Shown: piece by piece, positions 25,650 through 41,388 of the stretch | Layout: the number at the start of each line of letters is the position of its first letter | Numbering within the stretch: the first letter of the stretch is position 1 | DNA from: the human T2T-CHM13v2.0 reference genome, Homo sapiens | Reading direction: 5' to 3' (one strand) | DNA length: 64,000 nt | NCBI RefSeq assembly: GCF_009914755.1 | Contig: NC_060927.1 | Position numbers and translations under genes: made by a program | The notes under the pieces: model-generated | The model's database searches: none | Told to the model about the DNA's origin: nothing | The model's input: only the letters and a program-made list of their open reading frames with translations

Positions 25650-27239
25650 GCCACCCTCGAACGGGCAAAAGAAAGAAAGAGGCAGGTAAGGGGAGGCGAG
25701 GCCGTCCAAAAACGCTGGGTGTCAGCCCGGGGTGGCTAATGGAGGGCGGCTTTTCTGGTGGGATGAAATGGAACGGCAAATCCCACTTCATCCCCTTTGG
25801 GCTATGACAACATCATAGTCCAATCTCCCATTTTATGAACAGGGAAACTGAGGCTCAGTGACTAGACAGACGTTGCCCAGAGTCATGGTCATGGAGGAAG
25901 CTTGTGCTAGAATGGTGGAGAGGAAACCAGAGCCCAGCTCCTAATGCAAGGCTCTTTCATTCCTTTAGCCACCCTCGCCCCCGCCAAAACAAACAGACAA
26001 AAAACTGTCATTCTCATATGACCACGGACTCTGCGCCCCGGCCGCAGGCGGAGGACAGGGAGGAGCGCACACGAGAAAGCTCCCACGCGCCCGCGCCTCG
26101 CCTCCGACGGGAAGGCGCCTCTTCCGACCGTCCTGGATGCAAATTAAATACTTCCCTCCGCAGAAGACTTATCTCGGGGTAGGGCCGCAGCCGGATTTCC
26201 AAATCGCGGGTTTGATTTTCGCTGCGTCCTCTCCGCGACGCGCGCAGGGAGCGCGCCCGGCCACCTGCAGCCTCTGGCTGCGGCCATCTTTCCGCCTGGG
26301 GCCACCTGGCCTGCGCCCTTTGTGCCCGGCCCGCTCCGTGACTGTTCTTCTTGCCGCTACTTACAGAACTCAGCCGCCTTAGCGTCTTAGAGAAGAGGAC
26401 GGCATGCATGCGGACCCCGTCCACCACACCTGGAGAGCAGGGAGCCCTTAGTCCCTGGACACTTACCAGGGCCGCCACCCCTGGTCCACGCACGTGATGA
26501 CATCTCACCAGGGGCAGCACACCGCCCGAGTCCGCGACACTGATAACACCTCCTGCGGGCAGGAGGGCGCCACAGCCACCCCTGGTCCCCTAGATTGTGT
26601 GAGGCTAGCATTTCTGCCCGCCTCTTGGCGTGGACAGCACGCTGGACCGAGATGGAACCACAGCTTTCTCTTCCCAATCCCTGGCCTCACCGTTTTGTTT
26701 CATACCTCACCGTTTGTTTCAAACCTCGTGGTGTTGAAATGATTAAATGAGATTAAGGGGTGTGTGGTAGTGTTGGGCAAACCACAAGAAAACGGTCTGG
26801 GTGGGGTCTGGCCCTAAAATCTTCCTCCCCCACCTCCCAGGCTTCCTTGCCTTGCTGCTTCCTCTCAGCCTTTAAACAGGTTGGCCTCTCCAAGTCCTAA
26901 AAACAAAATTATCAAGCCAACCTCCTCCTGAAGTGCTCCCTCCAACTAGCTTCCAAGTGTTTCATGCGGACCTCAAACAATGGTCTTCCCTGGCTGCCTC
27001 TGCTTCCTCATTTCTCAACACTTGGCATTCTGGCTTCTCCTCCCCAACTCTAACCCTTCACCTTGCTCAGGCAAGAGCAACTCATGACTTTCATTTTGCC
27101 AAACCTTGCAGGCATTCCTCAGGCCTTATCTCTCTGGTTCTTTCTGCTACATTTGACACCTTGGGATGACTCTCACCTTCTGGAATCTCTCTACTACCTT
27201 GGTTTCAGAAGAGTGAACCCTCTGGATTATCACATGAAG
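25650..27239 (+). ncRNA. ATP13A3-DT: Probable 5' part of the divergent lncRNA (ATP13A3-DT / LINC00884); exon structure tentative
   Basis: Head-to-head position; strong + strand donors CAG|GTAAGG (25686) and AAG|GTAAGT (27240); name is from recall of the locus, not provable from sequence. Confidence 0.5.
25800..25965. mobile_element. MIR
   Basis: CCCATTTTATGAACAGGGAAACTGAGGCTCAG core. Confidence 0.8.
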
Positions 27240-27660
27240 GTAAGTAAAGCCTCTGCCTCCTTGGTAACATCTACTTGTGAATCTGCACCTTAAATTCAGG
27301 ATTCCACTCTAAGCCAACAACTTTGCTCACTTCACTCATTCTTCTGGGATTGCCTGCATCCTCATGGATGCAGCTCCCAAATTAGCAATTTCCAACCCAG
27401 ACCCCTTCCACAAAATTTAGAACCAAATATCCAATTGCCTGCCAGGCAGCTCTAGCTAGATATCACAGACACCCCAAACTGGACATTTCCAAAACTGAAC
27501 TCATTCTCTGCTTTCATAGCTGCCCCTCCCTCAGCTGTTGGCACCACCATCTCCACAGTCATCAGAATTAGAAAGTTGGGAATGAGTGAGTCATTCTTAA
27601 TTCAGCCCTCTGCCTTACCCAATCACCAAGTCCTATCTATTTCACCTCCTTAATAAGCCT
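26900..27660 (+). mobile_element. L2 fragment
   Basis: TCTGGCTTCTCC..CATTTGACAC..ATATCCAATTGCCTG..CCAAAACTGAACTCAT..GGCACCACCATC are L2 ORF2 hallmarks. Confidence 0.75.
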
Positions 27661-27675
27661 CAAATTCCTATGGTG

Positions 27676-27969
<294 letters not shown>

Positions 27970-29376
27970 CTACGGTGGTTCCCACTGGCATCCATCCTTT
28001 CCAGCCTGAATTGTTAGACAAATTCAGCCTTCAGAGTGAACTACAATGCACTCCATTTAAAATCCTAAGAGTTTCCCTAGGCTTCTGGCTGCAGTGTATA
28101 CCTCCAAGCTACCCAGCATGAACCTGTCAACGCGTTCGGGCTTTTAAAAGATCACAAAGAGCCCCAGAATTCGAGGTGCAGCCAAAGTAAGGCAACATAC
28201 AGCCAGTCAAGGGAAAGCTATAGGAAAAAGAGAAAAGCAGTTGGATATTCCAAAAACTTTTCTGTTACAGATGTTTTGAGAATGGTGAAAAAAGGAATTT
28301 GGACACTGGCTTTAGAGGAAGTGCTGAGTCACCAGGAAAGGCTTGAGCATGTTTATGGGTTGAGGGAAAAGAAGGTGCAAGAAAAAAGGAGAAACCCAAG
28401 ATAGGCGAGAGAAAGGGAGTGGAACAGTCTGGAGAAGTCCTGGAAGACTTACTGGTTCTCAAGTCATGATGATTCTGGGTCCAAGCCCACTGCTTCCCCC
28501 CTCTGATCCTACTCACTGTAAGCACCAACCCTGATTGCAGCTGCATGGAGGTAACAGTCATACCAGTAAGGTCTGACGTCACTTCTCAGAAAGGCTATTT
28601 TGCATCTTCTTCATCCTCAAAACCCCCATCTTTGCATGCCCTTCCCTCTCACTGTCCCCTTACTTCCTATTTCACTAAGAAAACATACACCATCAAGAGG
28701 AAAAATCCTCATCTTCCCACCCGCAAATCTGCGCATCATCCTACATCGGCCCCAGGATCTATTTTCCCACTCCAGAGAGGCAAAGCCTCCTCCTAACAGA
28801 GCTAGCTCTCCACAAAATGACCACTGTTAGGCCAACTCCAGGGGCTAGGCCTCCCCAAAATATTACTGTTGCCAAATCCGGAGGACACTTTGCAGGCCTT
28901 ATCTTTCTAGTTCTCTCAGCAGCATGCATCTCCTATCCTTGAGACACTTTGCTGTTAGTTTTGATAACATACTCTATTTTGGAATTCCTCCTCCCTGTTT
29001 CTCTTTGTCTACTCCATCTCAGCCTCCGCAGGTGCTTCCTCTGTCCTTCTCTAAATGTTGCTGTTCCCCAAGGCTCAACCCAGGATCCATTCCTGTGTCT
29101 ACACAAGGTTTGTTGTGTTTTTGTTTGTTTGTTTGTTTTTAATTTGACATCTCTTGACCTTACAAGAGTTGTGGATGGGCTTCAGAAGGATCTATAAGCT
29201 CCTTAAACTTGGATGCAAATACTTTTAAAGGAAGAAGTGGAGCTTTTAGCAGCTTCTCAAAGGTGTCTGGGTCCCCCAAAAAAGATAAGAGGACTGATCC
29301 ACATGCTCTCCCCTGGTGGCCTCATCTACTATGGCTATAGCTGTCATCTGCATGTACATTAATAACTGTAAACTGA

Positions 29377-29662
<286 letters not shown>

Positions 29663-29983
29663 AATGTCAACCATATGCCTGCAGCCCAGGCCACTCCTCA
29701 GAGTCCCTTGGCCATTCCTCCCTATCATTTTCACATGGGGTTTCACTGGTGCCAGATAAGTTCACTTATCCCAAACTTAACTCTTGCCTTTCTTCCCCAA
29801 ATCAGCTCCTCTCTCCTGGGCCTCCTGACCTTAGCAAAGACGCTGTCACCCAAACAACTGCTGAAGCCCAAAACCTGGGAGTCATTCTTTACACCTCCCT
29901 CTCCTTCACCACCCCATCCAATCCAACACCAAGTCCATTTCAAATCCTTCCCCATTGCTCCATTTCACTGCCACTAGAATAAT

Positions 29984-30423
29984 GCATGCCCCCTCATCTC
30001 TCACCTCGCACGCCCCCTCCATCTCTCACCTGGCATGTCCCCTCCACTCTCACCTGGCATGCCCCCTCATCTCTCACCTGGCATGCCTCCTCATCTCTCA
30101 CCTGGCATGTCCCCTCCATCTCTCACCTGGCATGCCCCCTCCATCTCTGACCTGGCATGTCCCCTCCATCTCTCACCTGGCATGCCCCCTCATCTCTCAC
30201 CTGGCATGCCTCCTCATCTCTCACCTGGCATGTCCCCTCCATCTCTCACCTGGCATGCCCCCTCCATCTCTGACCTGGCATGTCCCCTCCATCTCTCACC
30301 TGGCATGCCCCCTCATCTCTCACCTGGCATGCCCCCTCATCTCTCACCTGGCATGTCCCCTCATCTCTCACCTGGCATGCCTCCTCCATCTCTCACCTGG
30401 CATGCCCCCTCATCTCTCACCTG
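29984..30423. repeat. Minisatellite, 18 units of 24-25 bp, consensus GCATGYCCCCT(C)CATCTCTCACCTG
   Basis: Units counted directly; internal 5-unit (123 bp) block repeated twice. Confidence 0.97.
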
Positions 30424-30840
30424 GCACTAGTGCATTCGCTCCCAGTGGGTTCCTCTGCTTTTGCCCTTGCCCACCTCCAGTGCATTATCACACAGCAGCC
30501 AGAGTATTAGTTTATGTGACTTCAAGCAGAGCTGCTGATAAAAGCTTTCACTTGCTTCCCACCTCACTTGGAATACTAGATGAACTTCTTGGGTCCACAA
30601 AGTCCAGTGCAGGATGTAACCTGCCCACCACTTCCCCCTCCACTGGCACTCCTCTGCTCTCCCCGTCTTCTCACCGCAGACCCCTTCCCCAAGTTACTCC
30701 AGCTACACTAGGCCTTCTTTCAATTCCTCAAACGCACCAACCTCTTTCCTGACTCACGGTCTTTGTACAATCTATTCTTTCCCTTCCCTTTTTTTCTTGC
30801 CTGACTAACTTATAAGTTCAACTTTGGGCTTAAATGCATA

Positions 30841-31370
<530 letters not shown>

Positions 31371-31489
31371 TCTCAAGGCTGTGGTTGTATGACACTTATG
31401 TAAGATTGAAAAAATAATGGTTGTTTATTTTTGTAAATGTGAGAAGGACTTTTGGGATTATGGGAAACAGGCACATAAAATATCCTTCT

Positions 31490-31667
31490 CACCCGGGCAC
31501 AGTGGCAGGTGCCTGTAGTCCCAGCTACTTGGGAGGCTGAGGTGGGAGGATTTCTAGGATTGCCTAAGCGCAGGAGTTTGAGTTTATGGTGAGCTATGAT
31601 TGTGCCACTGCACTCCAGCCTGGGCAACATAGTGAGATCTCAGCTCTTAAAAAAAAAAAAAAAAAAT
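31490..31667 (+). mobile_element. Alu monomer (FAM-like)
   Basis: Single monomer and A tail. Confidence 0.85.
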
Positions 31668-31879
31668 CCCCCATCCCCACCCAAACCATCTCTTTGTGCT
31701 GCTACTGGTAAAGAATAAGTCAGTTTGGCTTATCACTGTAGACCCAGCACTAGATGAAGCCTGGCATGTGATAGACACTCAAATGTTTGCACCTGATGGA
31801 TGACTGAATGAATGAATTTACGATCTCAGATATCATCTCTAAATGCCTTCCCTGACTCCCAGGCTAAGAATCCCTCTTT

Positions 31880-32168
31880 AGCTGAGCGCACGGCTCACCC
31901 CTGTAATCCCAACACTTTGGGAGGCCGAGGCAGGTGGATCACTTGAGGTCAGGAGTTCGAGACCAGCCTGGCCAACATAATGAAACCCCGTCTCTACCAA
32001 AAATACAAAAATTAGCCAGGTGTGATGTCAGGCACCTATAATCCCAGCTACTCAGGAGGCTGAGGTGGGAGAATCACATGAACCCGGAGGTGGAGGTTTG
32101 CAGTGAGCTGAGATCACGCCACTGCACTCCAGCCTGGCAAGACTCCATCTCAAAAAACAAAACAAAAA
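31880..32168 (+). mobile_element. AluS
   Basis: Exact TSD AAGAATCCCTCTTTAG. Confidence 0.95.
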
Positions 32169-32284
32169 GAATCCCTCTTTAGTGCATATTTGTCTCACTG
32201 CATTTACAACCTTGAATAAGCACCTATTTAGTGTTTTTGTTTTCCATGAGTCTACCTTATTCATGTTTTTTTCCTAAGGTTCTG

Positions 32285-32630
32285 AATACTTTCATATGTT
32301 ATCTCATTTAATCATCACAACGATGCCAACACTAAAAGTAGTAGTGACTATTCTGTTCATTTTCATAGACGAAGAAACTTTACATATATGATCTCATTAA
32401 CCTTTATAACAATTCTAGGAAGGAGGTACTATTATTTCTGTTTACAGATTGAGGAAAGCTTATTTCTGCTTACAAATTGAGGAAGATTATTTCTGCTTAC
32501 AAATTGAGGAAAGCTTAAAAATCCCATTTTACAGAATGGAAAAAGAGGTGTTCAATAACTCACCCGAAAGCACAGCCAGGATTCAAACCCAGACACTTTG
32601 CTCCAGGGCCAAACTCTTGACCACTATAAC
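32285..32630. mobile_element. Tandem MIR fragments with internal ~27-bp duplication
   Basis: ATCTCATTTAATC, TTTACAGATTGAGGAAA, GCCAGGATTCAAACCCAG. Confidence 0.75.
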
Positions 32631-33082
32631 CAAATGAAGCCAGAGTGATTCACCAGAATGAGTTCATCTCGCATCAAAACTCTGGATTATCTGTTTAAGC
32701 ACCCAGACTTCCACCTCCTCATGAGCCAGGACCTTCCTCAGCCACATCTGGATCCTCAGCCCCTCACAGCACACAGCGGTAGTCAGAAAGTATGCTGAGT
32801 AAGTGGAGAACAAGTTAACATTGATTTTCACAACCACGATGTCAGACTAGCAATGGAATTGTTTTGATTCTCCTTTTATAGAGAAGAAAAATGAGATTCA
32901 CAACTTCACAAGAGGGAGTGTCTTATCTAAGAATCTCTGACTGAGTTCAGCCCTTGTTTGTATTCCCTCTGCTGCCTCCACAAAAGGTTAGAGGTCACAT
33001 GTTTAGATTATGAAGACCTTTTGCCATTAAAAAATGGCAAAACAAGCAAACAAAACAAACACAGCACTCATTGCCTTTCCTA

Positions 33083-33487
<405 letters not shown>

Positions 33488-33513
33488 CTATTTAGCTTGA
33501 CCTATGCAGGCCA

Positions 33514-33531
33514 GTGTGTGTGTGTGTGTGT
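33514..33531. repeat. (GT)n microsatellite
   Basis: About 9 GT units. Confidence 0.85.
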
Positions 33532-33796
33532 ACTGGAATGGGAACAGAGAGCAGGACTGTTAAGTCAGATGTCTACAAATCACAGTCCATGGCCATCACT
33601 GACTTGTTTCTGTCTCTAAACAAAGCATGTAAAAACTGTTTGCCTCTGCCATGAGGCAAAAGCATGCGCTTGGCATTTTTCTGAGGTCATGATGCCCTAG
33701 GATGTGGCAGTTCACGTGCCACTGAATATTGTTTACCAACTAGCTATTCAGGACACGGGGTCCCTCCTGGAGGAGTGCTTACTGCTGGCGTCGGGC

Positions 33797-34320
<524 letters not shown>

Positions 34321-34386
34321 TGTATAATAATTCCATGTATGGGTGGGGAGAGAAGAAATACAAGTAGTCCTTTAAGATTTTGGCTT

Positions 34387-34725
<339 letters not shown>

Positions 34726-35134
34726 TCATGGGGAATTTCCCTGTGTTTCGATGTGATGATTTTTCCTCTGATAAGAAAAGTGCAATTGTATTAATATTAG
34801 AGATGAGGAAACTGAGTTCAAGTCGTAGCCTTCTTCTAAGTCATGTATTTCTTTATTTGAATCCAAATCGTAATGGGAATAATATATCCACAGCACAGGA
34901 TGTTTCATTATCTAACACACTCTGCTATAGCACTTACTACCTGGTAGGCACTGTTTAAGTACTTTACAAACTTAACTCGTTTAATCTTTATAACAACACT
35001 GTTAAGTACTATCACTAATTTAGAGATGAAAAGACTAAAATACAAGGAAGATAATGAAGTTCTTTAAGGTAACGGAGCTAGAAGGTGAGAAAGCCAGGAT
35101 TTGAACCTGGCTTCAAAGTCCAAGCTCTTAGGGC

Positions 35135-35325
35135 CCCACACCAAAGCTAGCTGCCTGTTTTTGTGGTTTTACTGGAACACAGCCATGCCCATTCATTTAC
35201 ATATTGTCTGACTGCTTTTTTGTTACAACAGCAGAGTTGAATCGTTGTGACAGAGACCATAGGGCCCACAAAGCCCAAAATATTTACTATCTGGCCCTTT
35301 ACAGAAAATGTTTGCTGACCCTGGC
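35135..35325. mobile_element. MER58A (hAT-Charlie)
   Basis: GGAACACAGCCATGCCCATTCATTTAC...AAATATTTACTATCTGGCCCTTTACAGAAAATGTTTGCTGACCCTG. Confidence 0.9.
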
Positions 35326-35564
35326 TCCGTAGTATCCTGTCTGTTTGGAGTGAGACATTGGTTATTATTTGGAGCCTGATAGTCCCCAGTGTCAAGCTGG
35401 TTGCTGGGCCAATAAGACAAGCAAAAAATAGTGTCCAGATTGTAACTATACTCTCACATTTATACCATAACAATTGTGTCAGTGAAATAGCATTCTCAAG
35501 CACAAGGCGTCAACTTCAGTAACAAACAATCCCTGCAAATGTGTATTAATAGAAATATGTATCT

Positions 35565-35860
35565 AGACCGGACATGGTGCTCACTCCTGTAATCCCAGCA
35601 CTTTGGGAGGCCCAGGCGGGCAGATCACCTGGGGCCAAGAATTCAAGACCAGCCTGGCCAACACAGTGAAACCTCATCTCTACTAAAAATACAAAAATTA
35701 GCCGGGCATGGTGGCGGGCACCTGTAATCTCAGCTACTCAGGAGGCTGAAGCTGAGAATCGCTTGAACCCAGGAGGCAGAGGTCGTAGTAAGCCGAGATC
35801 ACATCACCGCCCTCCAATTTGGGTGACAGAGCAAGACTCCATCTCAAACAAAGAAAAAAG
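35565..35860 (+). mobile_element. AluS
   Basis: TSD AGAAATATGT. Confidence 0.93.
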
Positions 35861-36045
35861 AAATATGTCTTTGACTTCATAGGATCACAACATCTCAAGG
35901 TTGAAATTAATTCAGAGATTACTTATCCCAATCTTAACTCCTCTTGGGAATATTGCATCGAGTTTCTAAAGTTAATGCTGTAGATTCCTCTTAATCATTC
36001 CTTGAGTCCTGCAAGATGATTCCTCTGTATAGAAATGGGCTTTTT

Positions 36046-36263
36046 CCCAGCCTGGCCAATGTGGCAAAACCCCGTCTCTACTAAAATACAAAATTGGCCA
36101 GGCGTGGTGGCGGATGCCTGTAATCTCAGCTACTTGGGAGCTGAGGCAGGAGAATCGCTTGAACCCGGGAGGCAGAAGTTGCAGTGAGCCGAGATCACGC
36201 CACTGCACTCCGCCTGGGGGGACAGAGCGAGACTCCCTCTCAAAAACAGAAAAAAAAAAAAAT
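36046..36263 (+). mobile_element. 5'-truncated Alu
   Basis: Starts mid left monomer; TSD AAATGGGCTTTT/AAATGGGTTTTT. Confidence 0.9.
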
Positions 36264-36767
36264 AAATGGGTTTTTTGCAAAGGCATCTATTTTATGGGGC
36301 TGAGGAATCAGGCTCACATTGCCACAGCTGTCATTCTGTCTCCAAGGCAGCTCCTCCATGTGCCTGTTTCAGATGCCAAGAAGAGAAGCTCCTCAAAGCC
36401 TGTCATTCACTGGCCTGTATAGTCATTAAAAACTTTCCCTGACCTTTGCAGCTACTTCCTGTGAGCAGCCCAGGGATGGCCAGTCACTTGTGACCTACTT
36501 TCAGAGCTGGCAGTTCTGACTTCTAGAACAAACTCGGAACAAGCCCATCTACAGCTGGTTGACTGAGTTTCCTTTGGGCTCCTGGCACCAGAAAGAATTG
36601 CTCACTGGAAGGATCATAGGTGGCACTCATGTCTCACTGCCCCACTCAGGTATGTAGATTTTCATTGCCCTATAAACCACAGTCAACATCTCAAGATCTC
36701 CAGAAGGATGTTTATGATCTTCTATTTGCTAAAGACAGTTGCTTCCTTACGGTAATTGCTTTAAAAG

Positions 36768-36990
36768 GTGGGGCACCGTGGCTCACATGGGACCTCGTCT
36801 CTAAAAAATAAAAAAATTAGCCATGTGTGGTGGCGTGCATCTGTAGTCCCATCCCAGCTACTCAGGCTGAGGCAGAAGGATCGCTTGAGCCCAGGAGATC
36901 AAGGCTACAGTGAGCTGTGATGATGTCACTGCATTCCAGCCCGGGCGACAGAGCAAGACCCTGTCTCTAAAACAACAAAACAAAACAGAA
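36768..36990 (+). mobile_element. AluJ with internal deletion in the left monomer
   Basis: GTGGCTCAC joined directly to ATGGGACCTCGTCTCT. Confidence 0.85.
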
Positions 36991-37202
36991 CCATTAGCTC
37001 TTCTTTTTTGTTTTGTTTTGTTTTGTTTTGTTTTCCTCAGAGCAGAGATGCCTCACTGTGATAGGTAAATTAAGGTGATACTGATTGCCAGCTCCAGTGT
37101 GGAAGTCCCGAGGTGAAGGAATTTCTTTCATAAACATTTCAAAAGTGAGTCGATCCAGAATACACCTCCACCATGAGATTACCTGTAATCTAATTCAACC
37201 TA

Positions 37203-37727
<525 letters not shown>

Positions 37728-38059
37728 CTAAAGTTAATGCTGTAGATTCCTCATGATCATTTCAAAACTAATGTGATTTCTTTAGGGTACCTTTAATTAC
37801 ACTTATGACCTTGGTTTCATTTTAAAAATATACATACATTTAAAGAAGACTGAGGACCCTAAGGATCTCAAATATCCCTTCGACGGGTACCTAATAGCTG
37901 TTTTTGATTCCTGAGATACTTGGTTTTATCTCTCCTTTAGAAACAAAAATTATGCTCAGCTGTAACCTCGTCCAGCTCTACCAACTCAGATATTCACAGG
38001 CTGATTTCAAGCTCCAAGAGAAAAAGTAGAGTCACGTTTACCTTTTTATCCCCAACAAC

Positions 38060-38910
<851 letters not shown>

Positions 38911-39790
38911 GAAAAAGGAAAAAAAAAAAAAAAAGACCATCACATTCCTGAAATACCTACTTTGGAACTTTGGAGGTGGCTTCTTACATATGTGTATTTA
39001 TTTTCTTTCCCTGTTTTTCACAGAAAGGAACTAATAGAAAATATTTCTTTATGTATTGAGTTTATTTAGAACTGTTCACATCCTCTGCCCTAGATAGTTC
39101 AATTATGGAAAGCAATCCTAATTATAACATAACCTAGATACCCAAGAACAAATTCCCATTCCCACATTACAGATGAAGAAGTCCAAACACAAACAACTTG
39201 TCCAAAGTCACATAGCTGGGTAAACTGAAGAACATGGTGTTGCTCCAAAGCCATTTCTACTAACTACGACCCTATACAAAAATCTAAAACAGAAAATTCT
39301 GCTTACATGGAGATGTTCACACATATATATTTCTTTTCTTTTTAGAGATGAGGTTTCTCCATGTTGCCCAGGCTGGTCTCAAACTCCTGGCTCAAGTGAT
39401 CCATCTGCCTTGGCCTCCCAAAGTGCTGGGATTACAGGCATTAGCCTGGCCGATATCATTAATAATGGGAAAAAAATGGAGGGGAGGATATCTAAAGCTC
39501 TAAAATATCAGCAAATATTCAGAAATATCTAAAATATTCAGCAAAACTGGGATATTATTTATAACACATCCAAATGATGGGGGTACTATGCAAACATTTA
39601 ATAACGTATTTACAAAGGAAGGAAATAAAGATTAGAGTAGAAATAAATTAGAGAATAAAAAAAGCACCAGAGGAAATCAATGTAACCAAAACTTGATTCT
39701 TGGAAAATATCAACAAAATTGACAAACGTTTAACTAAACTGACCAAAAATTAGAGAGAAGACTCAAATTACTTACATCAAAAATGAAAGG

Positions 39791-40102
<312 letters not shown>

Positions 40103-40167
40103 TCAGATGTTTTTGAGTGACAAAGAAAGGAAGGAGGGGAAGGAGGGAAAAAATAAAAAGGTATTGG

Positions 40168-40642
40168 TGGCTGGGCGCGGTGGCTCACACCTGTAATTCC
40201 AGCACTTTGGGAGGCTAAGGCAGGCAGATCACGAGGTCAGGAGTTCGAGACTAGCCTGACCAACATGGTGAAACCCCATCTCTACCAAAAATACAAAAAT
40301 TAGCCAGGCATGGTGGTGCCTGCCTGTAATCCCAGCTACTCAGGAGGCAGAGGCAGGAGAATCCCTTGAACTCAGGAGGCGTACATTGCAGTGAGCTGAG
40401 ATCACGCCACTGCACCCAGCCTGGGTGACAGAGCGAGACTTCGTCTCAAAAAAACAAAACAAAACAGGTATTGGTGGTACAGGCCTGTAGTCCCAGCCAC
40501 TTGGGAGGGTGGGCATGGTCATATGGGCCTGCAGTCCCAGCCACTTGGAAGGCCAAGGCAGGAGGATTACTTGAACCCAAGAGTTCAAAACCAGGCCAAG
40601 CAACATAGTGAGATTCTCTCTCTAATTAAAAAAAAAAAAAAA
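40168..40642 (+). mobile_element. AluS (40168-40465) plus monomer fragments
   Basis: TSD AGGTATTGGTG. Confidence 0.9.
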
Positions 40643-41055
40643 TAAAGAGAGGAATTATTATTGACTTTATAGAAATGAATGATAAATATTATAAGTAGTG
40701 GTATGCAAACAAATTAGATAACTAAAATGGATACATTTCTAGAAAGGTACAAACTATCAAAACTGACTCAAGAAGAAATAGAAAATCTAAATTGATCTAA
40801 ACAAGTAAGGTGATGAAATTAGTAATCAAAAAACTTCCTGCAAAGAAAAGCCCAGGACCAGATGACCACTGATAAATGTACACAATTTTAAGGAAAATTG
40901 GTACCAATTCTTCACAAACCGTTACAAAAAAAAAGGACGAAGTACTTCCCAACTTATTCTATAAGGCCAGTACTAACCTGATACCAAACCCCTTAAAAAG
41001 ATATCGCAAAAAAAGAAAACTAAAATTTATCTGCAGATACAAGGGACAGAAATAG

Positions 41056-41388
<333 letters not shown>

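Larger units (their letters stand above)
24820..26660. promoter_or_regulatory. CpG island / bidirectional promoter of ATP13A3 and a divergent transcript
   Basis: Very high GC and CpG density against CpG-depleted flanks; GC boxes, ETS (CCGGATGT 25522), E-boxes (25535, 26491), YY1-like GCGGCCATCTT (26280), octamer ATGCAAAT (26137). Confidence 0.95.

Noticed and set aside
24550-25689. 379-aa + strand ORF and other overlapping ORFs across the CpG island
   Set aside because: GTG start, low-complexity Pro/Arg/Ala/Gly, and long ORFs in several frames on both strands, as expected from stop-codon scarcity in GC-rich DNA; no recognisable domain.
29984-30423. CRISPR-like array
   Set aside because: Units are contiguous with no unique spacers, there are no cas genes, and the DNA is primate.
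29955-30752. 265-aa ORF with repeated HLACPL (His/Cys) motifs resembling a metal-binding repeat protein
   Set aside because: It is the translation of the minisatellite; 24/25-bp units shift frame, so the peptide repeat is not preserved; TTG start inside an L2.
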